The translations under genes were made by a program, and so were the position numbers. DNA of 64,000 nt from assembly GCF_009914755.1 (NCBI RefSeq), contig NC_060935.1. The stretch is one strand, 5' to 3'. Positions 1 to 13,364 of this stretch are shown here, one piece after another (the stretch's first letter is position 1; each line of letters opens with the position of its first letter). Under the pieces are notes generated by a model. The model ran no database searches and was not told where the DNA came from. It saw only the letters and a program-made list of their open reading frames with translations. The DNA is from the human T2T-CHM13v2.0 reference genome, Homo sapiens.

Positions 1-829
1 TTACTTTTAGTTCAAACTCCAAAATGTGAAGAACTTACAAATAGGAAGGACTCATAATCTAAATAAAATTTAAAAATGAAACACTAAATACAAATTTTAA
101 AGGTCATTTTGTTGAATGTGATGAATGCTAAAACCCCAGACAATTTTACAAAAGATAAGAATTGTGATATAATCTAATATCTATATTCGGCTTGTATTAT
201 TATTTAAATTTTTACAAACATTTCTTTGCTAAGAAAAGGATATCGGGTTCTTCCTAAAGTTATCAAGTCAACACACTTTCTATTTCTTTTTTCTTGTTAA
301 CTTTTTGAAAGTTCTGAATAATGTTTTGCACATAAAATTAACAGCTTTCGAAATAGGCATGAAGTATTGCACCATTTTAATCTCGTGATAATAAATATAT
401 ATTTATTCCTCAACTGATTGATAAAATGTCAACATATAAAGCTTATGGGAGACTTTTCCCCTTCAACTTTCCTATATTTGATAGCCTCCATACCCATATT
501 TCAAAGGGAATGTTTAAATAAGAACAACCCTGAATGGAATAACTTGTTTGGATCACTGATATTGCTATACTGACTTTGCATGTTAGTAACTTAGGTGATC
601 ACTGTAGTTATGCAAAAATCTAAGGATGTCAGAAGTGAGGCTGAAGTGAGCATTGAATTCCCATCCTTCCAAAGGCCTATGTCTAAGGCAGACCCACAAA
701 CCAGATTTTGGCCAGAGCTTGACTTCAGCGCAGGGTGCTACCCAAAGGAGCATGCAAGAGTCCTCGTGGCATTGTCTCTGTGGAGATGGCTTCCAGGGCA
801 CGGGGCTCTTCCAATTGTCTTCACATCCT

Positions 830-984
830 TTATTTATTTATTTATTATTTTTATTTTTTTGAGACAGGGTCTCACTCTGTCACCCAGACTGGAGTGCAGT
901 GGCGCGATCTCGACTCACCACAACCTCCACCTCCTGGGCTCCAGCGATTCTCCTGCCTCAGCCTCTGAGTAGCTGGGATTACAG
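830..984 (-). mobile_element. Partial Alu (right arm only) with (TTTA)n tail
   Basis: (ttta)n then gagacagggtctcactctgtcacccag...gagtagctgggattacag = reverse complement of Alu right monomer; stops abruptly at 984. Confidence 0.92.
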
Positions 985-1505
985 ACTGAAGTCATGACCT
1001 ACCTGCCTTGGGCCAGAGTTCCTTCCAGGTTCTTTCACCCATTTTCCAGCCACGCCTCTGAGGCTGCATTGTCATTTATGATGACCTTCATAAAGTTAAG
1101 GCCTTCTATACTTCCTAATTACCTGCTTATCTCTACTCTCTGTTTTCACCTATTTTTCGAAGTTACCTCGAGTGGGTAGAGCTCACATTTTCACATCTCA
1201 CTATGATGCTGTTGTTTCTATGCAGCCGGACCACCACCGTCATGGTACCCGTTTGATCAGCCATTAAGTATCACAATTATTTTCAGAGACACAAAGTAAA
1301 GGGCTGGAAGAATTTCAGCACAGAGTACACAGCACACATTGCAGATCATTAGCTGAGGGTGTTTTCAGTATACCTATTGGCCAAGGCACAAAGAAAGGTC
1401 TTTTGAGAAGTTTCCATTGGCTGAGAGCCTATGAGAACTTTCAGAATATAAAAAAAATTGATTTCTAAGAGAGTGAGCATTAAACAAACAAGGTATGTGT
1501 AGTAA

Positions 1506-1662
1506 TTATCTGTTTGCATGAGTCTTTGTCTCCTCCACCAGACTGGAAAATCTTTGAGTTAAAGGGCCAAGTCTTTCTATCTTCCTAGGCCCTGCTCTTA
1601 AAGCAGAACCTGCTATGTCACAGGAGCTTAATAGACATGAGCTGAATGATTGAATAAACAAG
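1506..1662 (+). mobile_element. L2 3' end fragment
   Basis: tgtctcctccaccagactgg...ttaatagacatgagctgaatgattgaat resembles the L2 3' terminus with (TGAA)n tail. Confidence 0.7.
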
Positions 1663-2751
1663 TGAGGAAATTGTCTAAGAGAATCACAATTCTCCATCCC
1701 TAGATCATCTCTGCGGATAGAAAGGCTAGTCCAGAACGGCCTCCAGGCACCTGCTCCAGTTCTGCCCTGGCATGCAGCTGCCTCTGCAGCTGCCAGGTCA
1801 GTGATGCAGGAGTTCTGCACGCCGTGGGGACCCAGGGTGGAAGGAAGGTGTGCAGCTGGACACCAGTGGGGGCAGCAGGGTGGGGGAAGAACAAGATGCT
1901 GACTTCCCTCCCACACCTCAGAGAGGAGGCAGTGCAGCCACAGCCTGTCCCCAGGCTGTTCCTGACTGAAACAGCCCAGCCTCAGTCTAGGGTCCCACTC
2001 AGCAAGAGCCCCTACAGTCTCTCCTTATCCGGAGTTCACACAGAGCACTAGCCAAGGCTGAGCAATGTGAGCTCTATGGCCATTCAGGTGTCAGACACTA
2101 TGCTGGGCACTGTGGGGTCAGAGAGGCCTGTGAGACTGACCTGCCTCTGTGAGTTCCCGTGAGTGGGCGTGGATGTGTGAACAACTCTGTCTCCCTCCCT
2201 CCCTGCCTCTCCAGCCCACCTCTCCTGCCTTCCGTCTCCCACAGTTGGCCACTCTCCTGGATATTCTATATTTAACTCTCTAAGCCTCATTAACTACAGA
2301 ATTCCTAACTTTACCACCAGACCAATTCAGAGGAGTTCTTTTTTGGCTACAATTATTCTTCCTTTTGAGTATTAATTTCCTTTAACACTTGCCCTATTAA
2401 TCAGTTTAACAATGAAATTAAGACAATTATTTTAACAAGGTAATGGGTGATAAAGAGCAGCCGATACACATTTATTACACAGCAGGCCAGAGCGTCTTGG
2501 TAAAAGTCAGCCTTGTCAATAATGTATTAGGTGGGGATGTGCTTCATGAGGGTCAGACTGAGGACGGTTCTGTTTCACTGATTTAAGGACGCCTGTGTCT
2601 GTCAGTGCTGCTGCAAGCAGGCCCTCTAAAGTGGACTGCCAGTCACCAAGAGTGACGGGTTGTTATTTTTCTCTGGAATCTAGCAGGAGCACCAGAAGCT
2701 GTGGTCTGGGATGCAAGTTCCACCCCCTTCCCTTTCCCACTGGAAAATATT

Positions 2752-2930
2752 CTTATTTCTCCATTGCCTTCTTTTTCTTCTCTTCATCCTCTTTTACCTT
2801 TTCTGCTTCCACCTTCTTTACTTCCTCTATCTCCTATCCTTCTGCTCCTTCCCCATTGCCGTTCTTCCTGCCCTTCCTCCTTTACCGACCTCTGCCCCCT
2901 TCTACCTCTCCTTATCCTCATCTCTCCAGC
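2752..2930. repeat. CT-rich low-complexity (polypyrimidine) tract
   Basis: Strongly C/T-biased run, e.g. ctttttcttctcttcatcctcttttaccttttctgcttcc. Confidence 0.8.
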
Positions 2931-3312
2931 TAAAATAAATTTGTTTTCTATTTAAAATTCTACCTAGTTCCTTATCTACAGAAGATGCCTCTCTCAGGTC
3001 TCTGCCATCTCCCACTTGTTCTTGTTTATTCTCTTCTTCACTAACAAGGGAGTTATTGTTACCACACCATGGTGGGGTCACTGGGCACAGAGAGCAGGAG
3101 CAGCATGTGAGGCCATGGCGCTGGCACAGAACCCAGGAATCCCTGGCTTCCGCTCCGCTCTTGCTTCATCTGCAAGTGACCAAATCTGGAAGCCTCTCTC
3201 ACTTCCTTGCCCCATTCAACCCTCTAGCATTCACCTCTCCCATTGGCTGGAATTCATGCAGAAATTTTTGTGAAGAGGAGAGGTCCATTCCTTTGGTTTA
3301 AAAGCAGAAGAA

Positions 3313-3866
3313 GATCCGACAATTCCACTCCTAGGCATATACCCACAAAAGTTGAAAGCAAGGACTCAAACATCTATTTGTCACCCATGCCCATAGCAGC
3401 ATTATTCAAAAGAGCCAAAAGGTGGGAGTAATCTAAGTGTCCATCAACATGAATAAACACAACGTGGTATATATGTAACAGTGGAACATCATTCAGCCAT
3501 GAAAAGGAATGAAATTCTAATACATGCTACAGCATGGATGAACCTGGAGAATATTATGCTAAGTGAAATAATACAGACACAGAAGAGCAAATATTGTACA
3601 ATTCCATTTATGGGAGGTATGGCGAATAGGAAAATTCATAGAGAAAGGAAGTAGAATGGTGATTACCAGGGACCAGGGGTAAAAGGAACTCAGAGTTATG
3701 GCGTGATGGGCACAGCGTTTCTATTTGGGATGATGAAAAAGTTGTTGAAATGGATAGGAGTAATGGTTGTACAGCCTCATGAATATGCTTAATGTTACTG
3801 AATTGTGCATGTAAAAATGGTTAGATGGTAAAATTTTATGTTATGCATATTTTGTTACAAAAAATA
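3313..3866 (+). mobile_element. L1M (L1MB-like) 3' end, 5'-truncated
   Basis: caattccactcctaggcatatacccac, catggatgaacctggagaatattatgctaagtgaaa, gggatgatgaaaaagtt...aaattttatgttatg; flanked by aaaagcagaag at 3300-3310 and 3876-3886 (candidate TSD). Confidence 0.9.
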
Positions 3867-3929
3867 CGTGGGGAAAAAAGCAGAAGGGGAAAGGGAGTTT
3901 AAACTTTTTTTAAAAAAAAGTAGTTTCTA

Positions 3930-4267
<338 letters not shown>

Positions 4268-4291
4268 CTAGATAGTAAAATCTAGTAGTAG

Positions 4292-4600
4292 ATTTTAACC
4301 TTTTGTGGAATGTAACACACGTTCAGAGATGTCTGTGAAATGGATGTATGCATGCAGATGACATCACAAAACAAATTTTGTTGTAACCATTCTCGGTCAA
4401 GAAATAGAACACAACCAGCCTCCTTTCCTCCTTCCAATAACTTCCCCTCCCACCCTCCAGGGACAACCACTACTGTGACTTTTGTGGAAACCACTTCCTT
4501 GTTTTGTTTTAGAATTTTACTGTCTCAATATTATACTTGGGTTGCTTATCTTTAAAACTTTATACAGATGAAATCATGTGTGCTTTTCTGTTGCAGTTTC
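4292..4600 (-). mobile_element. Old L1 (L1ME-like) 3' UTR fragment
   Basis: gtaaccattctcggtcaagaaatagaac...ctccagggacaaccactactgtgactt matches antisense L1ME 3' end pattern. Confidence 0.7.
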
Positions 4601-4651
4601 ATGACTAAGTCACAAAGAAAAAGGGAAGAGCTTGGAAGACCTCAGCATAGT

Positions 4652-4850
4652 AAAAGCTAACATTTATTGAGCATTTACCATATGCCAGGACGTTTACCTA
4701 TATTATACATTTAGGCCCCATGACATGGGTGCCAGGACTAAGCCTACTTTACAAACAAATTAAGTGGATATAGAAATGCTAAGCCACTTTACTAAAGTTA
4801 CATTGCCTACCAGTGGACCAGGTGGAATTCAAACCTGTATACTGGTTTAG
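4652..4850 (-). mobile_element. MIR
   Basis: agctaacatttattgagcatttaccatatgccagg...ggaattcaaacc = antisense MIR. Confidence 0.8.
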
Positions 4851-5584
4851 CACCTGTTGTCTAAATGAGCATGCCCCCTTGGTAAACCAAGATCGGAGGT
4901 CAGGTCAGAGGAACTTAAAAGAGTTCTTGGGGCCCAGAACAGACAAGAGCCTAGTGGGATGAGTGTTCTGGGAAAAAGCAAATGGATACTGTGGAGTAAA
5001 TTTCAAGTGACTGTACAGACAGCAGTTTCAACCCAAAGCCGAAGACACTCCTGCAGGATTCAGAAAATACCTCTCCCCATCACACATCTATACGTGTAGG
5101 GTCCTGGGAAACTGAAAGACAGAAATACACCTCTGCCTGGGCAGAGGAAAAAAAAGGTGTAATAGGGAGTGAATGAAGGGTGCATGGGCAAGATTGGGCA
5201 GGAACCCTGAAGGTCTTGTCTAGAGGCACAGCAGACTAGAAAGACGATGAATGACATAGTGATAGATGGATACTTTTAGTGAGAGCCAGGTTAACTGAAA
5301 ATGGTGCAACCTGGTCCTCGTAATCACACAATCTGTATTCACCTTGTACCATACAACCTAGTGAAATAGATGTATCCTTAAACGAGGGGATGGGATCCAC
5401 CGCTAAAACAGTAGCAGAGAAGGACTCAGAGACGTGCCTGGCTTCTTACTGAGCGTCTTCATAGTTGTGAAGAGAAGACCTCCACATTGTCTGCATCAGG
5501 CCACTGAGGCAGGAGACCCATGCAGCATGTGGGGCACATAGCCAGCCTCACAAATCCATGGATCCATGCTCTAATACATGGTTT

Positions 5585-6240
5585 GCTATTCACAAACATT
5601 GAACATCTACTGTATGCTCTGTTTGCTCTGGAAATACAACAGTCAGTCCTGCGTCAGATACAGCTTCTGCCTGCACAGAGCTTTAGTCTGGTGGGAGGAT
5701 GAAGAGATGAGCACAATTGCTGGAACATGGAGCGTAGAGAGAGCACCATGCCAGGGACACCTAGAAGGGCACCTAGCCCACGCTTGTGGTTGGGGAAGAC
5801 TTTCTGGAGGAGGTAGTATCTAAGCTTTGATCCGAATAGGCTGGTGTTCAGAGTGAGGTGTGGGGAGTGTTCTGGACAGAGGGAGTAACACTCCCAGGGA
5901 GTGTCACATGGAGGTGGCAAGGTTCCTGATGCATTGGAAGCAGTAAAAGCGATTGGCTGTGACTGAAACCTAGGGAGTGGAGTGGGAGGAGAGGAGAGAT
6001 GAGGCTGGGAGCTGGGAGGAGCTAGACTGCACAGGGCCTTACATGCCAGGTTCAAGAGACAGTGGTGGGAAGTCATGAAAACATCTGAAATGCTGTCAAG
6101 CAGGAGCTGCCTTGCTGTGATTTATGTTTAAGGCTGCTGTGTGCAGAGAAGAGGCAGGAGGAGTCAAGGGCGCAGGCATCAGAAGCTACTGCAGAATTCC
6201 AGGGAAAGACAATGGTTGGAGATAAGGAGTGATGATGGGA
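5585..6240 (-). mobile_element. L2 3' region
   Basis: caaacattgaacatctact, gggaagactttctggaggagg, gagatgaggctgggag...agggcctt typical antisense L2. Confidence 0.8.
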
Positions 6241-6934
6241 AGGAGAAAAGGGGTCCAGAAGGGAAGGGGCAGTGAGATCTTTCTTTCCTATGCAGGAACT
6301 GCCCCTCTGGCCCACCCTTGCTCTCCTCTTCTCCCAGCAGGGGCCTCCGAGCACCCACCTCAGCAGGACAGGAAGTGTGGGTGCAGCCTCAGGGATAAGC
6401 CACTGTCCTCTGAAAGGAATCCCCTGCTTGGTGGCCAGCGTTCCCTACCTCCACTTCCTGCATAGCCCCTCTGCTTGGCCCAGATATAGGATTGCACTTC
6501 TGCCTCAGTTTCTCTGCCAAAATGTCCCCTTCTCCACCGGGAGTGAAAATCTGCCCAAAACCTCTTAGACTTGGCTGAATCCTGTTCCCCCTTCTGAACT
6601 CTCAGCCTCTTTTTCCTCTCAGGTGCCTCCACTGTACTCCACATCCAGGGCAGAGAAGACTGATCCCTCGCCTAGAATGACACTGCAGACCCCAGCAGTC
6701 CCCAGGCATTCCTGCCAGTCCCACCACCACCCTCCAAGCTGGCAAATCGCTGAGCCAACACACTGCTGCCCTCTCAAGGAGTCCCATCCTGCTGAGGCCA
6801 GCCTACTCTCTGCCCCAACCTGATGCTGGAGGTCCCAGCATCATCTGGTGCTGAATTTTCACACTTCAAGACAATGACATTTCAGGTTTTTGTGAGAAGG
6901 TATCAGGAACCATGCTAAGCCCTTTACGTGTTTT

Positions 6935-7380
6935 CACATTGGGTGGGGAGCAGTCTCAGAAGCAGTGTTGAGATGGAATATGCAGTGCAGATATTTATTA
7001 GGGAGAGGAGTGTGGGGGATGTAGGATGGGTGGAGGAAGAACTTGAACTGCAATATAGGCTCCATAAAGCCTCAGCCGACCTGGCAGAGAGCTCTGGAGT
7101 GAGTATACCCATCAGTGTCACTCAGCAACCAGGTAAATGCAGGCATCCCCAGGAATGGTGGGAATTCGAGCTGACTCTGCCGCTGAGGCAGAGCTGAAAG
7201 CTGGAAGCTCTCTGCTGACTGTACTCTGCCTCAGAGCTAGTTCTTCCTGGAAGGAGTCTGGGAGAACATGCCTGTGTTCTCCCCCGGGGCCACTTAGATC
7301 CACTTCCCCATATACTTTCAAGGAGCAGCTCCTCCAGGATTCCCACAGGCCTCTCTTCCTGAGGGAAGATCAAGACAATA
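6935..7380 (-). mobile_element. ERVL LTR (LTR16-like)
   Basis: gagatggaatatgcagtgcagatatttattagggag and gaacttgaactgcaat...gcctcagccgacctggcagagagctctggag resemble antisense LTR16; abuts ERVL internal sequence. Confidence 0.65.
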
Positions 7381-7458
7381 GAGGTTAGTGGCGCCCACTG
7401 TGCATTTGCCTTCTTCCTCTTCTACTGTCCATTCTAGATTCCCCTCACCTTCAGTTAC

Positions 7459-7825
7459 TGATATGGTTTGGTTCTGTGTCCCCACCCAAATCTCATCTCA
7501 AATTGTAATCCCCACATGTCAAGGGAGGAACCTGGTGGGAGATGATTGGATCATGGCAGCGGTTTCCTTCTGTTCTCATGATAGTGAGTGAATTTTCACA
7601 AGATCTGATAGTTTTATAAGAGGCTCTTCCCCTTTTGCTCTCTCTCAACTGCTGCCATGCAAGACATGCCTTGCTTCCCCTTCCACCATGATTGTAAATG
7701 TCCGTACAATTATTGAGGCCTTCCCAGCCATGTGGAGCTGTGAGTCAATTAAACCTCTTTCCTTTATAAATTAGCCAGTCTCAGGCATTTTTGTTTTTAC
7801 AGCAGTGTGAAAACAAACTAATACA
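7459..7825 (+). mobile_element. THE1 (THE1C/D-like) solo LTR, MaLR
   Basis: tgatatggtttggttctgtgtccccacccaaatctcatc ... gagtcaattaaacctctttcctttataaatta ... aactaataca; 5-bp TSD gttac/gtcac. Confidence 0.95.
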
Positions 7826-7863
7826 GTCACCAACTCTGCTACCTTTGTTGGCTTACCTGGTAG

Positions 7864-8307
<444 letters not shown>

Positions 8308-9109
8308 CCCTTTCTTTTAAATACCGGGGTCAATTACTATTAAGATGGTGATGCCTTTTCTTGTCAATATGCCTGGGTGGAGGTTGCAGCATGTAATTCA
8401 ATGGGATTTTTGCTGTGTCACCTGATGAAAGTGTACCCCTCATTGGGGACCAGGACTTCTTACCTTGCAGAGGTTAAGAGTTGTACAAAGTCTCCCAAAA
8501 GATCAGCAAGAGCATTGGTAAGTGGGGACATTCCTACTTCCATGTCTTGGTCTCTAGATCAGTGCATTCTTCCTAATCAGGACACAGCACCACAGAAAGA
8601 TCTTTTGTTTAATGCATATAGAGGACAGCATCCCATCTTTCCAGAATATTGCCTCCAAGCTGGTGCTACAACTGTGCCATCAGCAAGCCATTCCAATCCT
8701 CCATCAGGCTGGCAGTTTTTGAATGATGCACCCTGGGATATGACTAATGGATCCCATGCTCATGGCCCCACTCCTGTAATGTCATTGCTATGAAGTATAT
8801 CCCCAGGTCTGTCATGATTTAATATGGTACCCTGTGCCAATGGAGCAAACACTTTAAAAGTCTATCAGATAATGACGCTGGGTGTGTTCAGAAAAGACAA
8901 AGCCATACTCAAGGCACACATCGATTTCTATGAAAATAAACCACTGACCTTGCAGGACAGAAGTCTGGCAAAGACAGCTTGTCATTAAATGGCTGGTTGG
9001 TCTCCTCAAGGTATGGTGCCATACTGGGGACTCAGTGTTGGTCTCTGTTGCTGGCAGTTTGGATATTCAGCTGTGGCAGTAGCTAATCAGCCTCAACTGG
9101 TGTGGGCTC

Positions 9110-9258
9110 CTGCTTTAGAACTGTGTATCACATTCATCCTCAGGACAATAATCCGTCACAACGGGGTGGTCCCCAGCAAACAGGTGAGGAAACTGAGGTT
9201 GTAGAGACTAAGTAAATTTCCCTGAGGTTACATAGCTAGTAAGCGGTCAAGTCAGGCG
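9110..9258 (-). mobile_element. MIR
   Basis: caggtgaggaaactgaggt...gttacatagctagtaag MIR core. Confidence 0.8.
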
Positions 9259-10229
9259 ATTCAAGTGCTAAGCCCGCTACATAAAGCATGCAGGACAGTC
9301 TGGCTCTTGTAAGCACTGGCTAAATGGTAGCTCATTGTTTATCATTTGGGAAATAATTAGACTACACAATACTGAAATGTGACTGGCTATTTGAGCAAGG
9401 AGAACTGATTTGCTCTTAGACAAGGCACTGCAGAATAAAAATAGATCTTAGGTCATCGGAGGAGAGTGCTAGCCTGGGAGACTTGCTGATAGGAGCTGCC
9501 AGAAGGACAGAGCTCCCTCGGTTCCTCACCCAGGCTGGGACCCCCAGGTTTAGGGGTCCATCCTCTGTGTCCTGCACTCAGGCCATCATGGTCATCGCCC
9601 ATGCAGGCTTGGCATCCTCAGAGGACTAAGCGAAGAAGCTCCTAGCCTACATAAGTGATCCAGACTTTCAACCCCAGGCCCTACAGGGGCACTTTGCCTG
9701 CGTCACGTGTGGCGCTGCCAGGGCCCTTTCTTGAAGTGGGTCTTCTGTGGATGAGGGAGGGTCCCTGCTGAGCTCACACTCATGCTGCCTTTATGAGTGC
9801 CAGGCAGGCATCCAGCACGCAGCAGACCTCCAGACAGGGTGCGTTTGTCTCCAGCGGTGGGAGCCCAGCCGTCTCTCTGCTCCTCCCACACACTCACTCC
9901 TGCTTCCCCTGGCTCCATGCCCACTGTAGCCCACTCCTCCTCTGTCTCACACCCAGCAGGGATTCAGAGGCACAGGCATTTTTCTTTCATGAAGGAAACG
10001 GCTCCCTCAGTCTGACGCCTTCCTGGGTCGATAAGATAGGGGACGCTCAGCCAGGCCTGGAGTCGGCTTAGGAGATGGGCTGCATCTCTCTGAGAAGCTG
10101 TCATGATGTCACTAGGCTCAGCCCTCCCAGACCGCCTCCCCATTAGGAGAGATGATAGGCAAGGAGACCGTCTGGCTCTGCTGTCTGGGCCCTGACCTCG
10201 GCATAAATGCTGCTTTCATTAGCAACAAC

Positions 10230-10750
10230 AGCAACAGCTGCTTACCTTTACTAAGCTCTTACTGTTGGCCAGGTATTCTACCTGTATTTGTACACAAAGC
10301 ATTGTACAAGCACTGCCTCACTTCATCTTCCTCTAAGGTGAGTGCTATCAAATCTCCATTTTACACATATGGCCAAATTAACATCAGATACCCAGCATGC
10401 TGTCTTAAGCTATTTGTATATACATATATATTTTAAATGTATATGCTTTTATATATATTAGTTCACTCAATCCTCATAACAATCCTATGAGGTAGCACTA
10501 ACATAATTTCCCGGTTATGGATAGGACACTGGAACACAGAGATAAATAATGTTCCCAAGGTCACATAGCAAGGGCGTATCTGGACATCTGGCCCCAGAGC
10601 CCACTTTCTAAGTCACTGTGCTGTACTGCTTCTCACAGTCACAGCAGCCACAGTTCCCAGTGGCCTGTCCAGGGTCCTACTGACTAAGCCGTCAGTACTG
10701 GAACTCGGGCTAGCCTGACTGGACAGCCCGGGCTCCTACCACTACTGTCT
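10230..10750 (-). mobile_element. Two MIR copies (one apparently nested in the other)
   Basis: MIR pieces at 10230-10370 (ctccattttacac), 10390-10630 (aatcctcataacaatcctatgaggtag...cccaaggtcacatagc) and 10660-10750. Confidence 0.7.
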
Positions 10751-12379
10751 CTCATTTGGATGAGAAATGTGCTCTCATGGCCTAGAAATCAAGCCAAATA
10801 GGCCCAAGAAGAAACACTTTTTTTTTTGGCAGGGCGGGGAGCGGGTGGGTTCTGCCCCAGCACGCTCTGCCCTCCTCTGCCCAGGCCCCATGCTGAGAAC
10901 AGAACTGAGCACCCCTGCAAGTCAGCCCAGTTCACAAGCCCAGGGTTGAAAGGAAATCCAGCTACCAGCAGACAAGATTGGAATTAACATCTGAAATCCT
11001 TGCCACAGCCCAGAAACCAGCAATCTGGATTACTGTGGGAAATAAGACTTAATTTTCTTCCAAGCCCTGACAGGCTTTGCGAGTGTGCCTCTGCCATTCT
11101 CCCCAGCCTCCTCTCCTATCGGCACTGTTATCTGCATGCCCAGAAGACAGCACGGCTTTGAAGACATGTCTGGATCTGTTCACGGGCACCAAGATAAAGA
11201 CGGTCAGTCTCCCTGCCCAGAGTGGCTGGATGGCACTATCAGAAACTCTCCAATATAACTCCTGTTACTAAAATAAATGATTAGGGAGCTTTGTCTCTCC
11301 TACTCTGAGCGCTCCATTAAGCAAATGAAATAGAAGCATTCAGATACACTCCCTTTCCCCCTTCTCTCCAGTGATTAACTGCATAATAAAAATGATATTG
11401 GTGAGAGCAAATTTCAAAGAAGCCCATCTAAGTGACAAACCACTCTAAGGACAACATAAACAAGGCTGTATATTTTTAGGACACCTTGATGTTTGACCTG
11501 ACCTACTCCCTCTTTTGGTTCGGGACCCCCTCTGGGCTTTCTCAGCCACCTTGTCCTAGTCCCACTCAACAGACTCAGTCTTCATTGGAGGCATCAGTGG
11601 CTCGTGTTTCAGGAAGAGCCAAGTTGCCTTCAGACCCTGAGCTCTTCCTGGTTCTCAAGTCAGCCCTGGCTGCCACTTTGCAGGAAATTTTAATGAGGCT
11701 CTGCCCAAGACAGCCTTTATCTTGGAATCACCTTCTGCTCTGATGGCTTGCCGGGGTGCCTGGGTATCAGACATTCTCTTTTCTGCTCCTGATCTTCTAT
11801 CTTCCCTGGGTGCCAAGCCTTCAGCTCTTGCCTGGAGCTCCAACCTCTTGCCAGTTCTATCCTGTGGGTTCAGCATATTCTTTCACCCCAGTCTTGACTT
11901 CCTGCTTCCTGCTTCCTGCTTGCCCTGACCTCCATTGGTCCCTTATGCCTACCTGGCTCTTTGGGTTCTCATCTCCAACTTGTGCCCATCCCACCACGCA
12001 TGAGGTCAGTGTGACACAAGATAGCAAGGGCATCCAGCTCCTGGAATCCCTAGAGCAAATGCTCTCCAAAAATAACTCCCTCCTTCTGTATACTTAAACT
12101 TCAGACCTATTACAGAGAATTCATCCCAGAGTTTTTCCTTAATTATTGGGGAAGAGAATGCACATGGAGATGCTCAAACTCTTAGACTTACCCACAAGAT
12201 CATTTCTACTTAGACAAATACACACATATTGATGCATGCACACATGGGCTTATATATATGAATACACATATGCACACACAGCCACCTACACACAAAAGTC
12301 ATCACCAAAATTATACACACACTTTTATACATGCATACACATTGTAATTAAAACCAAATTAAGATTTTTCTCAAATATG

Positions 12380-12470
12380 ATTCATATCTGTAACCTCCAT
12401 GTCTAGAACAATGCCTGGAGTAAAATAGCTGTTCAACTCATCTGTTTTTAATAAATGAATAAATGATTCA
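12380..12470 (+). mobile_element. L2 3' terminus
   Basis: tctagaacaatgcctggagta...aataaatgaataaatga. Confidence 0.7.
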
Positions 12471-12956
12471 CAAATCTGACCTCCTGCAAAAGCCACTTTG
12501 GTGACAAAGGAAACTTACCCAGTTCTCCAACACCTGAGCCAGAGTCCCTGGGGTGGGGAAAATCAGGCTTCTGCCTTCTGGAGGGGATGAAACTCCACAT
12601 GGTGTGGCAGAAACGTTTCTCAACTGGCCTCTCCCTGTCCTTGGTGCAGTTCTTATCTAGGTAGCACCCAGGTGTCCCGCTGCACCCTGGTGGGTTTAGA
12701 AGTGTCTGTCCTGGAAGCCCTCTCTCTACCACGGCCATCCCTGATTCTTCACCCCCTCTGCCAAGACCCATCCTGCATTCCCCATACTACAAGAAATCGT
12801 ATTCTGATATTTGCCCAAAGCATTTCCTGTTCTTCTTTATTTCTCAAACTCTGTGACAGATTTTTTTAGGAGCCATGTTGTGCTTGCTAGGCTGCCCCCA
12901 CACCCCACCGTATGTCAGCTGCAGGGAGGTGGGGGGTGGCTTCCTCTCCACCAAGA

Positions 12957-13364
12957 TGGGCTGCCTCCCAGCCCACTAGTCAGCACGTTGTGAGTCACCA
13001 GCGCAGGACGGAGCCTCCACGGCGTCTCAGCTCTGCCATCACTGGAACACACGCTGCACGGCCCTCCTCAGCATGGCCCCTTTGCCATGGCCACTTGAGG
13101 CAGGGTGGCTTGATCCCAGCTCTCATTTAACCTCACAGCCCTGTGTGATTCGAATGTTTGCTCCCCTTTTAACAAAACACTTGGAAGGCCCAAGTTTGCA
13201 TAGCTAGTAAGAGACAGCATTTGAACATACATCTGTCTAGGCTCCTAGCTGAGGAGGGCAGCAAGGCATGTGTTCCAGCGTGATTAGAGCTGAGAAGCTG
13301 TGGAGGCCCCGCGCGGCTCCGGTGACTCACAGTGTGCCGACTAGCGGGGCTGGGAGGCAGCCCA
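12957..13364. repeat. Imperfect inverted repeat, arms 12957-13072 and 13248-13364, 175-bp spacer
   Basis: Manual alignment of the left arm with the reverse complement of the right arm: about 92/117 identical with one gap; not a TE family I recognise. Confidence 0.95.
13121..13245 (-). mobile_element. MIR fragment in the loop of the inverted repeat
   Basis: ctcatttaacctcacagccctg ... gcccaagtttgcatagctagtaag...atttgaac...ggctcc. Confidence 0.75.

Noticed and set aside
1-580. Very AT-rich block, possibly an old transposon remnant
   Set aside because: I could not match it to any consensus or coding frame; needs a Dfam search
595-972. ORFs with [11 protein letters not shown]-type peptides (here and at 4046, 7909, 15047, 23277, 27466, 32452)
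   Set aside because: Translations of Alu sequence, not genes
12635-12651. Second RE1-like site on the minus strand
   Set aside because: Mismatch in the near-invariant CAGCACC half
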